Assembly: GCA_963776275.1 (NCBI GenBank)
Contig: CAVZMI010000015.1
Location: forward strand, 32,001-96,000
Length of the DNA: 64,000 nucleotides
Direction of reading: 5' to 3'
From: Ignavibacteriota bacterium
GTDB taxonomy: Bacteria; Bacteroidota; Ignavibacteria; UBA10030; CAVZMI01
The stretch's first letter is position 1, and every line of letters starts with the position of its first letter. The notes beneath the pieces were generated by a model, which was not told the origin of the DNA, did no database searches, and worked only from the letters and a program-made list of their open reading frames with translations. Made by a program: the position numbers and the translations under genes. Positions 62,008-64,000 of this stretch are shown one piece after another.

Positions 62008-63999
62008 TCATTTTTTTTCGAATATCTGATTTCTTATCATCTTTACCATGTCATAAGGTGCCGGGTCGCCTCCCAGGTATTTATGGAACCAGTCTAGGTG
62101 GGCGTTGTAATACAGCGGCATCGATTTTACATTACTGGGCCAGTGTCCATCGTTCGGGAATACGATTAATCGTGAGGGAACATTCATTTCTTGTAGGTCG
62201 GTGAAAAATTCCAGACTTTGTGTATAGGGAACCCGATAATCAAGTTCACCGGTGATGACCAGGCAGGGAGTTTTAAAATTCCTCACGAAATTATTTGGCG
62301 ACCACTTTTGATAGAGGTCCGATTCCCACGGTGTACCGGCCAGATCCCATTCTGGAAACCAGAGCTCTTCGGTTGCACCATACATTGCGGTCAAATCGTA
62401 CACACCCATCATTGAAACGATTGCTTTAAATCTGTCGGTATGTCCTTCAAGCCACATCATCATATAGCCGCCGAAAGACCAGCCCATCGCGCCCATACGA
62501 CTGCTGTCGATATATGAGATCTTTGCAAGGGAATCTGTTACAGCCATAATATCTTCAAACGTTTTACCGCCCCAATCTCTCGATATTGCGGCCGTGAATT
62601 CCTGTCCGTAGCCCGTTGATCCGTGAGGATTGGGAAATGCAACGATATAGCCCGCCCCCGGATATACCTGCCAGTCACCACGGAATTCATCGACCCACTG
62701 CTGCTGCGGTTCGCCGTGAATATTCAGAATGAGCGGATATTTTTTTGCAGGATCAAAATTATGTGGCTTGACGATAAATGTATGGATTTTCTTTCCCGTA
62801 GGCGACGGAATCCAGAGTTCCTCTGCCGGACGGATATCAACCGAGTCTTCGACTGGCTTATTGAAATATGTCAGCCTCTGCGATCGCTCACCCCTAGCTG
62901 TAAACCTCCAGAGTTCAACCGGTTCTCCAACAGACCGACGTGCGGCAACAATCCAACGACCGTCCGGTGAAATTGAAAAGGCATCTATTGATTTAAGGTC
63001 GATGACTTGCGATATCTGTTGTGAGGCAATATCTATAGAATAAAGAGGGATGTGACCCTTCATCTCGGCAGTAAAAAGAACGCTCCGAGAATCGGGAGCC
63101 CAATGGAATTCGTCGATCCAGTTGTCAAAGGCATCTGTCAGTATTGTCCGCGTTCCGGTTTTTCGATCATATAGTGCAAGCCGGAGTCGATCAGATTCAT
63201 AGTTGGGAATTGCCTGGGTGCGATATGCGATATATCGCCCGTCGGGAGAGTATGTCGGATCACCGTCGTATGCCAGATTTCTTTTTGTGATATTTATTGC
63301 TTCAGATTCTCCGATAGGAACGACAAAAAGGTCTTTATTTGTTGTTTCTACTTCATTCTTGTCGTGATTTGAGACGAAACATACTTCTTTACCGTCGGGT
63401 GATATGCCATAGCCGGGTCCGCCATCGAGCGAAAATGCTGGTGCATCGAAATCGCCTGGTGTCAAATCCGTTGTGGTTTTCGTTTGGATATCATATAGAA
63501 ACGTATGGGTTCTCTTTCCATCTTTCCATGAGGTCCAATGCCGGTATAACAGCCGATCGGCCATATGAGCCTTGATTGGGCCTTTCGCGATAGCATCGGC
63601 GATCTTCTTGTTAGAAGCGTCATCGGCTCCGCACTCGAGATAAACATCGGATGAAAGGATTATGCCTTTTCCGTCGGGTGTCCAGATGGGATCTGAGACA
63701 TTAGTGGAAATAGTAGTCAGTTGTGTCGGCTCTCCCCCGTCGATTGGAAGAAGCCACACCTGAGTACCGTCTTTTCTATCGGAGAGAAAAAGAATGGACT
63801 TACCATCCCTCGACCATCGCGGATGTTCATCGTCAGCCGGGTTATTTGTAAGTCTCCGAAGATCTTTCCCATCGGTATCAATAATATAGATGTCCGAGTT
63901 GGTTTTTCCCTCTTCAACATTTGATACCGTGACAACAAATACAATGTGCTTTCCGTCGGGTGAAAATTGAGGGTCTCGTATCTGTTTGATCTTATAAAG
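62008..63999 (-). CDS. S9 family peptidase with PD40 propeller (5'-truncated by window edge)
   Basis: SPDG repeats; GWSFGG, DYRV, GHW triad; frame stays open to the window end (LYKIKQIRDPQFSPDGK...). Confidence 0.93.
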   Translation of the reverse strand, partial: LYKIKQIRDPQFSPDGKHIVFVVTVSNVEEGKTNSDIYIIDTDGKDLRRLTNNPADDEHPRWSRDGKSILFLSDRKDGTQVWLLPIDGGEPTQLTTISTNVSDPIWTPDGKGIILSSDVYLECGADDASNKKIADAIAKGPIKAHMADRLLYRHWTSWKDGKRTHTFLYDIQTKTTTDLTPGDFDAPAFSLDGGPGYGISPDGKEVCFVSNHDKNEVETTNKDLFVVPIGESEAINITKRNLAYDGDPTYSPDGRYIAYRTQAIPNYESDRLRLALYDRKTGTRTILTDAFDNWIDEFHWAPDSRSVLFTAEMKGHIPLYSIDIASQQISQVIDLKSIDAFSISPDGRWIVAARRSVGEPVELWRFTARGERSQRLTYFNKPVEDSVDIRPAEELWIPSPTGKKIHTFIVKPHNFDPAKKYPLILNIHGEPQQQWVDEFRGDWQVYPGAGYIVAFPNPHGSTGYGQEFTAAISRDWGGKTFEDIMAVTDSLAKISYIDSSRMGAMGWSFGGYMMMWLEGHTDRFKAIVSMMGVYDLTAMYGATEELWFPEWDLAGTPWESDLYQKWSPNNFVRNFKTPCLVITGELDYRVPYTQSLEFFTDLQEMNVPSRLIVFPNDGHWPSNVKSMPLYYNAHLDWFHKYLGGDPAPYDMVKMIRNQIFEKK

Positions 64000-64000
64000 A

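Overview
Chromosomal window from an FCB-group bacterium. Several genes end in T9SS (Por) C-terminal sorting domains of the QNYPNPFN...LLK type, which suggests an Ignavibacteria-like lineage (inference). 1-17.1 kb: dcw cluster (mraZ, rsmH, ftsL, ftsI, murE, murF, mraY, murD, ftsW, murG, an inserted membrane protein, murC, ftsQ, ftsA, ftsZ). 17.7-32.3 kb: accessory region of mostly secreted or surface proteins (FGE-sulfatase domain, DUF3160-T9SS, Asp-box/CBM9-T9SS, 4xCBM9-T9SS, MFS/spermidine-synthase fusion). Four minus-strand units there share a promoter with a conserved spacer and a 30-bp leader motif, and a family of related terminator hairpins marks several unit boundaries. 32-64 kb: pta, a miaB/SPOR/sigma54-EBP/lptE/GT2/TPR operon, rpsT, a GAF-GGDEF operon with a structured leader, ksgA, an atypical EF-P paralog, dinB, a small-ORF + ClpP-fold (SDH) protease pair, an ankyrin-TPR protein, copZ/copA, nitroreductase, pyrF, hemerythrin, HAD, mutarotase and an S9 peptidase. 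At least 8 single-base frameshifts, mostly in homopolymer runs and including essential ftsA, suggest uncorrected sequencing errors. No tRNA, rRNA, CRISPR array, transposase, integrase or reverse transcriptase was recognised.
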